This document shows positions 38,811 to 50,437 of a DNA stretch of 64,000 nt, piece after piece. The notes under the pieces are model-generated. The model was not told the origin of the DNA. It made no database searches and saw only the letters and a program-made list of their open reading frames with translations. The stretch comes from Lama glama (taxonomy: Eukaryota). Made by a program: the position numbers and the translations under genes. The stretch lies in NCBI GenBank assembly GCA_028534125.1, contig CM052816.1, forward strand, positions 60,700,001 through 60,764,000. The letters are read 5' to 3'. How positions within the stretch are numbered: position 1 is the first letter of the stretch; the number at the start of each line of letters is the position of its first letter.

Positions 38811-39288
38811 AAATGATCATCAAATGGAGTGCTGAGTAGGCATGACACGTCAAAGAGTTTAACACCCTATAATTATAACCCAGCTTAACTGCATTGAAAG
38901 CAAATATTTTAGGGTTGGAAAAACTACTCGCTTGATGTACCCCTTTCTCTGCCTGAGGGCACTGTTCATCATTCCCAAGTGATTCACATCCCTCTGCTCT
39001 GACCTCTTGCTCTACGTAAGAAGGATCAGACAAAAGAATGAAAACATACAAGCATCTGTGGTTTCCCTTGTAAAATATCGAGAAGACAGTGATGACCGTG
39101 CATGTGACTCACTGCTTCACTCATCCCTGGCTTTGGCGAGGGCAGAGAGCAACATTCTGGGAAAATGAAGCCAAGAAGACATAATTATAGGTAAGTCCAC
39201 TTTGGCCAGAGAGAAGCAGTGCACACTCATATTTGAGACAAACCTTGCACTCTCAGCATCCCCAGAGCCAACTACAGTGAAGTCTGTG

Positions 39289-39788
39289 NNNNNNNNNNNN
39301 NNNNNNNNNNNNNNNNNNNNNNNNNNNNNNNNNNNNNNNNNNNNNNNNNNNNNNNNNNNNNNNNNNNNNNNNNNNNNNNNNNNNNNNNNNNNNNNNNNNN
39401 NNNNNNNNNNNNNNNNNNNNNNNNNNNNNNNNNNNNNNNNNNNNNNNNNNNNNNNNNNNNNNNNNNNNNNNNNNNNNNNNNNNNNNNNNNNNNNNNNNNN
39501 NNNNNNNNNNNNNNNNNNNNNNNNNNNNNNNNNNNNNNNNNNNNNNNNNNNNNNNNNNNNNNNNNNNNNNNNNNNNNNNNNNNNNNNNNNNNNNNNNNNN
39601 NNNNNNNNNNNNNNNNNNNNNNNNNNNNNNNNNNNNNNNNNNNNNNNNNNNNNNNNNNNNNNNNNNNNNNNNNNNNNNNNNNNNNNNNNNNNNNNNNNNN
39701 NNNNNNNNNNNNNNNNNNNNNNNNNNNNNNNNNNNNNNNNNNNNNNNNNNNNNNNNNNNNNNNNNNNNNNNNNNNNNNNNNNNNNNNN
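39289..39788. other. Assembly gap (500 N)
   Basis: Run of N; the round length suggests a placeholder size. Confidence 1.
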
Positions 39789-40089
39789 AAAAAAAATGAC
39801 CCAAGTGAACTTATTTACAAAACAGAAACAGACTCACAGACATAGAAAAAAACTTATGGTTACATGGGTGGGGGAGAAAGGGAGGGTGAGGATACTAACT
39901 ACTATACATAAAATAAATAAACAACAAGGTCCTACAGCATAGAACAAGGAGCTATATTCAATATCTTATAATAGCCTATAATGAAAAAGAATATGAAAAG
40001 GAATATATACATGTATAACGGAATCACTATGCTGTACACCAGAAATTAACACAACATTGTAAACTGACTACATTCAATTAAAAAAAAAA
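39789..40089 (+). mobile_element. Artiodactyl/camelid L1 3' UTR with poly(A)
   Basis: gaacttatttacaaaacagaaacagactcacagacatagaaaa..gaatcactatgctgtacaccagaaattaacacaacattgtaaa. Confidence 0.9.
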
Positions 40090-40190
40090 GTACTATTGAC
40101 ATCATAGGATTGTTGAGAAAATTAAAGAGGCCACAGTGCAGGTAAACTGCTTCACGTGGAGCCTGACACACGAAAAGGACTTGACTGATA
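40090..40190 (+). mobile_element. MIR 3' fragment
   Basis: cataggattgttgagaaaattaaa..gtaaactgcttcac..gcctgacaca. Confidence 0.6.
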
Positions 40191-40859
40191 ATCCTACTCT
40201 CCTGAGTGACAATTCTCTTTCACTGGAGTAGGGAACATGAAGGTCTGGGAAGGGCCTTCCACCAGGGTCTCTGTGCACCAGAACCCTAGTCCCCTCCTGT
40301 CTTGGCCTCCATCTCCCAGCAGTGACATTGGGCTCATCAGGACCGTCCTTCTGTTCTTCCCACAAATCGCCTTCTCCTTCAAATCTCACCATTTGTCTCA
40401 ATGACAGCTCATTGTTCCTCTGTTATCTTTGACTCTCTGTCCATTCCCTACATCCAAAAAGTGTTTCAATTCTTGCCAACTCTTCCTTTCCATTCGCGCT
40501 TGTTCTCTGACTTTCACTGTACAAATTGTTCTTACCATCCCTGTAATCTAAGCCCATTCTTGTCCCTGATTGATCTCCTTACCCGCATGTCCTTGTAAGG
40601 CAAACTACTCTGCTGCATATTGGATCACAGCTAAATATCAGTCCTGACTTAGCACCCAATCATTTTGCCAGTTCAGTTTCATCCTCTACCATGCCTGAAT
40701 ATGAACTGTTTGCTTTATTTTATTTTTAAAATCATATTATACAAGTAAAAAGCTTAATCCCTTATTTTCATCAATTTAATTTTCTTATCATCTGTCACAA
40801 ATACCCAGTAATTTGGCCCTAGTTCTTTTTGTACATCAATTTGATTCTAAAAATACCAA

Positions 40860-41050
40860 ACAGTAAAATTTACTTTTTTCTTTTGATGCGCAGTTGTATG
40901 TGACATGTTAATGCACGTGTAGCTCCATGTAACCGCCACCATAATCAAGATACAGACCAGTTTCATCATCCCCCAAAGCTCCCTTTATAGTGCTGTCCCT
41001 TTGTAGTCACCCCTTCTTCCTACCATCACCCCTGACAACCTGACCTACCT
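40860..41050 (-). mobile_element. L1M 3' fragment within L2-derived sequence
   Basis: catgtaaccgccaccataatcaagatacagaccagtttcatcatccccc..ccctttgtagtca. Confidence 0.7.
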
Positions 41051-41425
41051 TCTGCTTATGCTGCTCTAATTACCTGGGATGTCCCCACTCCTCTTCTCCT
41101 CCAAGTCATCTAGAACTCATCTGTCACGACATCACACAAACTCCACCTCTCTGTGAATCACTGATTGTGCCCGTTCAAGAAGCACTTGTGAAGCACTGAG
41201 TACATGACAGATGCAGGACTGGCTACAGGGAAGACAAAGATGGGTCAGAGCATCCGCCTGCCCTGACGAAGCCCACCAACATGCTGTGTGCCACAGGAAT
41301 GGTACCTGCACGAGCTACGGTGACAGTCCGGAAAAGCAGGTGGCAGTTCCATCAGAGGGGGACAACATTTACACCATGTCTTCAGAGGAAAGGAATGTCC
41401 TCCGAAGAGGGAGCCTCATGGGCTC

Positions 41426-41945
41426 CAGGGACAGATTTGGTTTATTGGGCCTGAAACTGATGCCATTTGGGGGTCTTCAATTAAAAAAGAATGCAATGTT
41501 TACAAATATGAAGTTAGGTAAAACTACAAATTTTCTGAAGCTGATAAACACCATGAGCGTATAAATTCCAGAACAAGACACTGTTGTTATTGTTGTTGTT
41601 GTTTATTAGTGAATTAACTGCCCCAAATGCTTCTATGATATTCTCCTCCTACGCTTTGGCCTCCTTCTCTGATTGGTTTTTGTTTGTTTGGTTGGTGTTT
41701 TTGTTTTGTTTTGGGGGGAGTTAATTAGGTTTATTTATTTATTTTAATGGAAGTACTGGGGATTGAACCCAGGACAACATGCATGCTAAGCATGTGCTCT
41801 ACCACTGAGCTCTACCCTCCCCCTTTGATTGATTTTATAGCATTTTCTGTAGAGAGACTAGGAAGACCTGTCTTTCCTCTGGCATGGGTGTGAGAAATCC
41901 AGTTTTTGTTATGGTTTTAGAAGTTTCTTTCAGTTTCACAACTTT
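41426..41945. mobile_element. hAT-Tip100 (Zaphod-like) terminal fragment
   Basis: caggg..ttattgggcctgaa..atttgggggtc..aaaaaagaat..aattaactgcc..tctttcctctggcatgg..gtttctttcagtttcacaact. Confidence 0.7.
41681..41823 (-). mobile_element. Vic-1-type SINE nested in the hAT fossil
   Basis: gtactggggattgaacccaggac..ctctaccactgagctctaccctcccc; TSD tctgattggtttt / tttgattgatttt. Confidence 0.92.
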
Positions 41946-42714
41946 GTTTCAGCCATGCTTCATCTGTCGCTTCTCTCTGCAATGTCTTTCTCAGGCAGAG
42001 GAAAGCCCGAGAGTTTCTCCATCCCCCGATAGTGGCCCTGGGTTGGAGGAGGGAGTGTGAGGTGGCTGTGGAGCCTGAGTCAGAGTGGCCCCCTCGCAGG
42101 GCAGAGTGGCTCTAGTTCAGATCTTCCCCTGGAGGTCAAAGACAGGCAGACACTCAATGAGATGGCTGGGAGCAGGCTGTCACTGGGGTCTGGGCAGGTG
42201 GGGAGGAAGTACAGACAGACAATTGGCCCTGCCTGGAGCCCCAGGACTTCCACCCCAGGGTGTGACAGTGCCCTTGGCTCAGGCCCCCAGCAGGGCTGCT
42301 GCTTCCTCTCTGAGTCCTGGAAAACATGCCAAGCCTTGGAAGGTGCACATGCAAATGCCCTGAGGCATAAACTTTGTATCATCACTGGAAATCCACTTCT
42401 TTGTAAAGCAAGGGTGTTTAAGACAGCAGGGCATATTCAGGGAACTGCACACTATCTAGTTTGCTGGAGGACTGCTGAGAAGTTTGAACTTGATTCTTTA
42501 GGCAAAAGGAAGCCAAAGTAGCTATCAAAGCATGTAAAAGAAGTAGTCAGCTTTGTCCTGTAGGAAAGGCAACAGATGAAAGTCACAGCATGGATGAGGG
42601 CAAAGTCTTGAAAAGGTCATTAAAATGGTCCAGGAGAGGAATGACAAGGCTGTAATGAAAGCAGTAGGAGTAGAGTGGAAATGTAACAGTGATAATGATC
42701 CTAGAAACATCAAT

Positions 42715-42890
42715 AAAAACTAACATTCATTGAGCATGGCACTGAGTGCTTGTAAGTGTCTTAAGTTGTTTAATCCTCATAGATCCTCCAAGAACAGATG
42801 AGGAAACTGAAACTTTCAGAGGTTAAGTAACTTGTACTTGGTCAGTAGGTGACAGGGATGAGGACCCAATGCATCTGTTTCCTGAGCTGT
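42715..42890 (-). mobile_element. MIR SINE
   Basis: taacattcattgagca..tttaatcctca..acagatgaggaaactga..gaggttaagtaacttg. Confidence 0.75.
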
Positions 42891-43129
42891 GGAAAATGAT
42901 GCCAGATTAGATTTGGGGGTTGAGGGAGACAAAAAGAAACGATGGAAAGGGGAGCATTTAAGGTGAATAAGATAATGAAAACTGAATCAGGAAATACTTT
43001 TTCCTCTTCTTGATTCTTTGAGCAAATAATTTCTATTACTGTCTAGATGTTTTCACAGTTGAATGTACTGTTTTTACAACCAGACCGTAAACTACCTGAG
43101 TAACTGCCTAAGTACAGCATTACCTATGT

Positions 43130-43680
43130 TCTATATCATATACTCAGTCAACAATTACTGGGTGTCTACTTACAGCCAGAGCCTGGGGTGGACACCAGGA
43201 ATACAGGGATGAAGAAGACAAAATGCCGTCCCTGAACTTTGACATTTACAGCCCAGCGGGAGTGATAGCGGATTTTATTGTGATTCTACAGGGCAACCCT
43301 AGAGTTATAAATATTGTCATCTGAGAGCCCAGAGGGGGAGAGCACATCTGGACGCACCCTCCCCTGAGGAGGTCACAAAAGTATTCAACAACAGTGTTAC
43401 TTAAACTAGGGATCAACATATACACAGGGTCAGCATATGCATAATATGGTCCTTCCAGCCTGATGAGACTCCACGTACAGAGGCTTGAGATGTTAAGTGT
43501 GTTCAGTAGAAGACAAAAGTGACTTAGATGGAATGGAAACCTAGTGGTGAGTGGTTGGAGATTGATGGTAAGTAATTCTGAAAATTATCTTCAGTGACCT
43601 GTCTGTACTTACTTGACTGCCTGGAATAATTGGTGCATGGGATGATTTAACCAGGGTGTTGAGAACAGGAGAAGCAAGAC
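43130..43680 (-). mobile_element. L2 fragments
   Basis: actcagtcaacaattactgggtgtctact..ggaatacagggatgaagaagaca. Confidence 0.55.
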
Positions 43681-43689
43681 GTCGCTGCC

Positions 43690-44264
43690 TACGGTAGATT
43701 GTAATTCCTTATATGTACACCCTTTCCAATTGGATTTCGCTGCTCTTCCCATCAAGAGGTGGGTCTGTTTCCTCATTACTTGAATGTAGGCTTGGCCATG
43801 TAACTAGCTCTGAGAAATGGGTCATTCACAACTGTGATGCAAGCAGTAACTTGAAGAGTGCTTACCCACTGGGGTTTACTATTTTTTGCTATTCTCTGGG
43901 AATTCTTTCACCATTATGTGAACAAGCCCAGGCTAGCCTTTTGGAGGATGAGACCTAGTGGATAGAAGCTCTGTCCCAGCCATTTCTAAATCATCTAGAC
44001 ATCTTAGTGACACCAACCTAAATGAGGAGCCTCAGCTAAGCTGGCCTAGATAAGAAGTGCTGGGAGGGGTGGGTATAGCTTAGTGGTAGAGCACATGCTT
44101 AGCATGCAGTAGGTCCTGGATTCAATCCCCAGTATCTCCATCAAAAAAGAATAAAAAAGAAATGCCCACAAAACCCACAGAGTAGCAAGAAATGATAAAT
44201 ATTGATTGCTTTAAGCCACTAAATTTTGGAGTGGTGTGTTACATAGCAAAAGCCAGGTGACACA
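43690..44264 (+). mobile_element. MaLR solo LTR (MLT1F/G-like)
   Basis: tcttcccatcaagaggtgggtct..tgtgaacaagcccaggctagcct..ttgctttaagccactaaattttggagtgg; 5-bp TSD ctgcc (43685-89 / 44265-69). Confidence 0.88.
44062..44156 (+). mobile_element. Vic-1-type SINE (short form) nested in the LTR
   Basis: gggtatagcttagtggtagagcacatgcttagcatgc..gtcctggattcaatccccag; TSD aagaagtgc / aagaaatgc. Confidence 0.9.
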
Positions 44265-44322
44265 CTGCCCTACTTCCTCTATTCATCATCATCACACTCT
44301 GGATTATGAACATCAAACAGCA

Positions 44323-44471
44323 GGGGAGGGTATAGCTCAAGTGGTAGAGCTCATGCTTAACATGCCGAGGTCCTGGGTTCAATCTCCAGTACCTCCTCCA
44401 AAAAATAAATAAATAAGTAAACCTAATTACCTTCCCCCCCAATCAAAGAAAAAAGTAAAAACTAAAGTGAA
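44323..44471 (+). mobile_element. Vic-1-type SINE (long-tail form)
   Basis: ggggagggtatagctcaagtggtagagc..; 19-bp TSD tatgaacatcaaacagcag (44305-44323) / tatgaacatcaaacggcag (44472-44490). Confidence 0.95.
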
Positions 44472-45872
44472 TATGAACATCAAACGGCAGTTATTCACCT
44501 GGATTCTTTCCTTCGATTTTGGGAGGGGAAAAGTGAATCCTCACAATTAGAAAAAAAAATTAATCTTCCAAACCTGGATGCCATTACTATTTTGCTTCTA
44601 GGATTCCAATGTCCTTGTAGTCTATATGAGTTGGTACAAGGTCTTTGCTGGACTATGAATCAGCTCACTTGTCTCTCTAACCACACCCTTCCTGGAGACG
44701 CTGAATTGAGTTTAGGCTCAGGGGTAATATCAGCAAAGGGGCCTCATGTTCTGTGAAGAGGACTGAGTCTTGCTCCCCTCTTGAACTTTATTGACAAATT
44801 GTGGAGAGATATTAAGGGGCTGATTTTCCCACCTCAAGGGGAAAAACCCTGGGTTATTGTCTGGATTATTGTCTTTTCACAAGCCTAAATTGCCCTGGCT
44901 GCTCTACAAAAGAAACTGACCGTCTCTTCCTTGTGATCCCCACAGAGTAAAGCTCAAAACTTTTCACTTTGTCTTCCACATAGTTAAGTTTGCTGGTTGC
45001 TCTCATTAGTTAATCTGAAATATTTTGGAAGAGTGTTGAAAGGGGTTTCTCAACAACAAGTAATTCTCCTAGAGGGAAATGTTAGAAACTCAGCTGTGGA
45101 TGAAATAAATGTGAAACATGTAATACCTATCTGTCCCACTCCCCATTCCACCCTCTGAGAAATCAGTAGAGATAAAGATGGAAGATAGTAATTTTTAATA
45201 CTTGGAACTTTTCTACAGTAAAACTGACTTGAGGCTAAAAATAAAAAGACATTTCTTAAGTAAGCATTTGCTTAAACACAGAGGGTGAAGACAGAGCTAC
45301 AGAAGAAGGAAACAAATCTGCATTCCTATCTCTGAGTTCTGAGACTCCAGGCAAGACCACCAGGAGTCCAATTTGCATGAAAGCAAGTTTAAGACTCTTA
45401 AGCAGTGAAAGGAAACAGAGGTAGTGTTCCAGTATTCACTTTCTCAGAAAGCAGCTCTCCAATTTACACCCTGGGAAGGCCACTCATATCTCCAAAGTCA
45501 ATTCAAACATTATGTCTTCTAGAAGCCTTCTTGACCACTGTACCCTTAAAAAAAAGTTCATAATTTCTGCTTCTACCTTTGCCCTTACCAGCCTGCTTTG
45601 TAATGTACTCTTCACATATCTGCTTCTTCCACTAAATTCAGAATGGCTTCAGATTGAAAGGGATGGAGAGGCTGTGCCTTATCCATCTAGCAAAGGAGTT
45701 ACAAGAGATAAAAAATTTGTTGAATTAATGAATTAACAAATTAGACACCAGTTAATGGAGACTGAATAAGACAGAGGGTAGAGCTAGTCAAATATTCTTT
45801 TGTACAGATACTAAGGAAATTGTTCCAAATTCCTCAATAAGTGGAATAAACAGAAGGCACTCAGTAACCTAC

Positions 45873-46150
45873 ATACTCGCTATTTGAAGTGTGGTCCACA
45901 AACTAGCAGCATCAGCATGATCTGAGAACTTGTTACAAAAGCAGAATCTCAGGTCCCACTCCAGAACCACTGAATCAACATCTTGATTTTAACAAGATCC
46001 TTAGGTGATTCACATGCACATGGCTGAGAATCACTTATTTAAGATACTGGCTTTCATAGCTGTCTGTATATAGGAATCACCTGTAAAGTTTTCCAAAATG
46101 TTAATGTCTGGGTCCCACTTCTAGAGATTCTAATTTGAATGGTCTGGGAC
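45873..46150. mobile_element. Adjacent MER5A and partial MER5B
   Basis: aagtgtggtccacaaactagcagcatcagcat..gcagaatctcagg..ttttaacaagatcc; then gaatcacctg..ctgggtcccacttctagagattct. Confidence 0.8.
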
Positions 46151-46252
46151 TTCTTTCTAACCAAGATGGAGTCACAGAGACCTAATTTATCCTTCATGAC
46201 TTAAATGACAGAACAAAAATTGACAGCCTATGTGAAACAATGATTTTCAGAC

Positions 46253-46831
46253 TGCATTAATTGTCTATTGCTGAGTAACAAGTTACCGCCAAATTTAGCA
46301 GCTTGAAAAATGCACATTTATTACCTCACAGTTTTTATAATTCAGGAAGCCAGGCATGGTTTAACTATTATGAAATTGTCACATATTATCAATATTAGTA
46401 ATGATCCTCTAGCTCAGGTCTCTCCCAGGGCTGCAGTTGATGTGTTGGCCAGTGACATGGTTTCATCTGAATGCTCAACTGAAAAAGACTCCACCTCTAA
46501 GCTCACTCATGTGGTCGCTGGCAGGACTCAGTTCCCTGTGGGCAGTGGGACTGCGGGCCTCCATTACTTTCTGACTATTGGCTAGCAGCTGCTCTCAGTT
46601 CCTTGCCATGCAGGAAGGAACTGCATGGCAGGGTGCTTCATCAAACAAGCAAGAGAGAGAGTCTTCTATCATGATGGAAGTCAGTGTATTCTGTAACATT
46701 CTGTAATCATAGAAGCGACATCCTCTCACACTTGCCTTATATTTGTTAGTTACTAGATCCAGCCCTGGCTCAAAATATGAATACCAGAGGGTGGGGATCA
46801 TCGAGGGCCATCTTAGATGCTTCCTACTACA
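46253..46831 (-). mobile_element. MaLR solo LTR (MLT1F-like)
   Basis: tctattgctgagtaacaagttacc..aagctcactcatgtggtcgctggcagg..gggccatcttaga; TSD cagac / cagat. Confidence 0.87.
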
Positions 46832-46929
46832 CAGATAGCAAGTGTCAATGGTTTCTAACTGAAGGGTTACAAACAAAATTGGATGGACAACTATACTTAC
46901 CAGCTTACTGTCAGCAGGCAGTTCTAGGC

Positions 46930-48520
46930 TGCAGTGCATGAAATGGGAAATCAACCAGAGTTCAGTGGTTTCTATGAAGTGAAGATACAGAGAGGCCAAG
47001 GCAGTAAGAATTAATGAGTAAGAGTACTAGTTGCAGAGAGAAAGCTCAGGAAATGTATTGAGGGGTCCCCTTGAGTCTCTGGCTGAGTACTCATCCGTGT
47101 ATGTCTGAGTAGGAATCACCTGAATACACAGAAATAACCATCAGGAAGGAGTAATGAGAAAAAATTCCAGAATTCACAGAGGGCAAGAGTGGAAGTGACC
47201 ATAATCCACAAGACATAGAGTGGAAGCCCTAGATATTCCTCAGCCTACACTAAAGGCTGCTCTGGACTTGTTCTAACAAAATTTAAAAGGAAGTCTCTAA
47301 AGTTTCAACTAATTCCGAGTAAATTAAATGTGTGCCAGAGCAAACCCAACCTTATTTGAAAAAACAGTACAAAATCCAACAATCAATAATGTAATATTCA
47401 CAACAGTTAACATTTAATAACAAATTAGTAGGCATGCAAAGAAGTAGGAAATAAGGCCTAAAACCAGGAGAGAACTCAATCAAAAGAAATAGATCTAGAA
47501 GACAGAGAGAATGGAACTAGCAGAAAAGAATCTAAAAAATAGTTAGAACATTAGCATATTATAAATATGATCCAAATGTTTAAGCAGGTAAAGGAAAATA
47601 TGACCATGATTTAGAGAAAAATGGAAGATACGAAAAAGACCTGAATGAATGACTAAAGGAAAAAAATCCAACATGTGAAATGAAAAATACACTGTTTGGG
47701 ATTAATAGAAGACTAGATATTGAAATGTTCAATGACTATGAAGGTACAATGATAACAATATCCAAAATGAAACAGAAAAGCAACTGAAAAAAATATGAAG
47801 AGAGCAGCTGTGACCTGGGGGGCAATGTCAGGTGGGCCCATATACATGCAATTGGTATCTCAGAAAAAAAGAGGGGGAAGGAAGAAAAAATATTTATGAA
47901 AATAATGGTCAAAATTTTCCAAATTTGATGAAATCTATAGACTCACAGATACAAGAAACTCAATGAATTTGAGCAGAATAAGCATTAAAAAACACATTAA
48001 ATGACTAAAGCTGGTGATAAAGAGAAAAAAATGAAAGCAGTCACAAGAAGATAGTGTATCCAATAAACAAGCTTCTTGTCAGAAACCATGCAAGTCAGAA
48101 GATGATGGAAAGTCATCTTTAAAGCATGAAAAGAATAAAATTACCAACCAAAATTCTTTACCCATAAAAACTACTTTCAAATTTGAAGGCAAACTAAAGA
48201 TATTTCAGGCAAACCAAATTTATTGCTGGCCTCCATGAATTCTGAGCGCTGTGAAGGCAGTTCTTTAGGCAGAAGGAAAGTGATATCTGCAGGCAGATGG
48301 AAATGCATAAAGGAAGAAAGAGAACCAGACACGGTGAATATGTGACTAGGAATGACTTCTTTCCCTTTCAAAAAATCTTTTTTAAAAGTAATTTTTAAAT
48401 AAAAATAATAAAAATGTATTCTGAAAATGCAAAATATAACATAGAGAGAAGTAGAATTTGTAACAATATCACAAAAGATGAGCAGGTAGAAATGAAAGTA
48501 CCAGCCGGAAGGTTCTTGCA
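46930..48520 (+). mobile_element. Old L1 (L1MC/MD-type) 5' UTR and ORF1 region, decayed; its 5' tip lies at ~46150-46252 before the LTR
   Basis: gaaatgaaaaatacactg..ggattaatagaagactaga..aaataatggtcaaaattttccaaatttgatgaaa..cagaaaccatgcaagtcagaaga. Confidence 0.8.
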
Positions 48521-48584
48521 CCAGGTGCTGATCTAAGTGTAACTTCTGAGGTGAGAGTTCTTCTTCATCCAGTTCTACCATAAC

Positions 48585-49285
48585 TAGAAGGATAAGGAAA
48601 AAATGGTAATGCTGTTAAGGGTTTGAGTCCCAGAGAACCCACCGGAAGAAGGGAGGCTGGGAGGCCCCCAGGCCTCAGAAATAACAGGGTAGTGGAGAAT
48701 TTGGATGAAGGATGCTGCAATTGCCACCTCTAGCTTGATTTCCCCCCAGTGGTGGCCTAGATCAATAGGTTTCTCACAATTTAAAAAATGAATCATTTTT
48801 ATCACGTACCTACGAAAGTGGCCATAACTTTTGTTTATGTAAAACTAGCTTTAAAATAAGAATGAACCCCAAATAAACATGAACCAGATTTGCAGTCATT
48901 AATTTAATCCACTGGCAATTTTACTTAACTGTGAACTGAGTCTGTAAGGATACACCTAACGGCTTCTTTGAATTCATATATCAAAAAAGTAATTACCAAA
49001 AACAAAATTCTGCAACATTACCCTATTCCTCAAACTTGATGAGATGTGGCTGGGATGCTTTCCCACGTCACAGGGTGCAGACTCAGCAGAACAAGCCTGG
49101 GGAGTTCAGGAGTCACAGGCTTAGGAGGCTCCCCTGCTCAGGGACCAGGTGATGAGACCACATCCAGCAGGAGCAGGGAGTCACATTTTTGGTCCAGGCT
49201 TGAAAAGAAGAGCCTGGGGGATATATATATATATATATGGGACTCAAACCCTTAACAGCATTACCATTTTTTCCTTATCCTTCTA
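48585..49285. repeat. Perfect 48-bp inverted repeat pair (48585-48632 / 49238-49285)
   Basis: tagaaggataaggaaaaaatggtaatgctgttaagggtttgagtccca and its exact reverse complement. Confidence 0.97.
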
Positions 49286-49600
49286 TATATATATATATAT
49301 ATATATAGTCTATAAGGACAGTTATGAACAAATTAAGGAGACTGAAATTAGGATCTATGAGGGAAGCTTTAAAAAGTGTTGGAGGTAATTTTGCATGAAA
49401 AAGAAAAAGATAAAGGGTGACTAGCTGTCTTCAAATAAATTAAGAGTAATTACCAATAGATAATTAACAGTATTGCTCATTCCTACTATAGAAGATAGAA
49501 ACAAGAAGAAATGAGTTCAAATTTCAACAGTGAAGTTTGGTCACTGAAAGTAGAATTTATTGACCAGAAGGGTAATTAAGCACAGAGAAAAATCTAGGTT
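49140..49600 (+). mobile_element. L3/CR1 fragment
   Basis: agaccacatcc..; tctatgagggaagc..tagctgtcttcaaata..aacaagaagaaatgagttcaaatt resemble the CR1 3' region. Confidence 0.5.
49221..49307. repeat. (AT)9 and (TA)12 microsatellite split by the 48-bp insert
   Basis: Directly visible. Confidence 0.95.
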
Positions 49601-50252
49601 CCCAAAACATTTCAAGTGAAGCTAGGCTTTCCTGACAGCAGAACATCTGGTGATACTGAAAATTTCATCCAGCTGACCTTTGAAAGTCATGTGGGTAAAA
49701 CATCTGTAAGATAACTGGAATTTTTTAATGGATTAATTGAACTGAGTAAATGTTTTGTGGCTTTGGGGCAATTTCACCTAAATAATGAAAACAAAGGAGC
49801 ATATTCTGTCTGACCTTTGAGAGGAATAATTTATATTACATAATTAGAATAATACCCTCCATCTGGCCATGGACCTGCTCCTGTGGGCTCATACACACAG
49901 CAGACACAGCGCTACCTAACCCTCCAAGTGTCTTCAGTGAGATTATAGTGAGAGTTACTTAAACACTCCATGTCCTGACTCCCCAGTGATTCTCTGCTCT
50001 CTACCACCTATGAACCAAGCCGTCCAGAAGCTTATAAAAACCTCAACAAACTGATAATTTTTTAAAACAGAGACTGAAGGTACTGAGATTTCTCATCATG
50101 TTCCAAACATGTTATCTTCTTGGATTCAGGCAAGAAAGGCCTTTACTGACTAATGTTTTAGAGCATGTAAAAACTAAGATGAAGTGAAGCTGGAGGACTG
50201 TCATGCATCCAGAAGCTGTTTTTCCAGAAATCTAGTCACCAAATGATAAAGG

Positions 50253-50437
50253 CAGGGGTTCTCCAAGTGTGTTTCCAGATCAGCATCAGCATCCCCTGGG
50301 AACTTGTTGGAAATGCAAATTTTGGGGTTCCACTCAAGACCTATTAAATCAGAAACTCTGTAGGTAGAACCCAGTAATCTGTGGTTTAATAAGCCCTCTA
50401 GGTGACAGATACACATGAAGGTCTGACAACCTCTGGA
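50253..50437. mobile_element. MER5A
   Basis: caggggttctccaagtgtg..cagcatcagcatcccctgggaacttgttggaaatgcaaatt..aatctgtggtttaataagccctc. Confidence 0.9.

Noticed and set aside
39202..39942. 246-aa and 183-aa ORFs
   Set aside because: Artefacts of the N run.
41334..41362. Weaker CTCF-like matches (also near 42085, 48720, 61500)
   Set aside because: Mismatches at core positions; expected by chance in 64 kb.
42057..42521. 154-aa ORF with overlapping ORFs on both strands
   Set aside because: A locally GC-rich patch lowers stop frequency; the 3' part runs into L2-like sequence; no recognisable protein.
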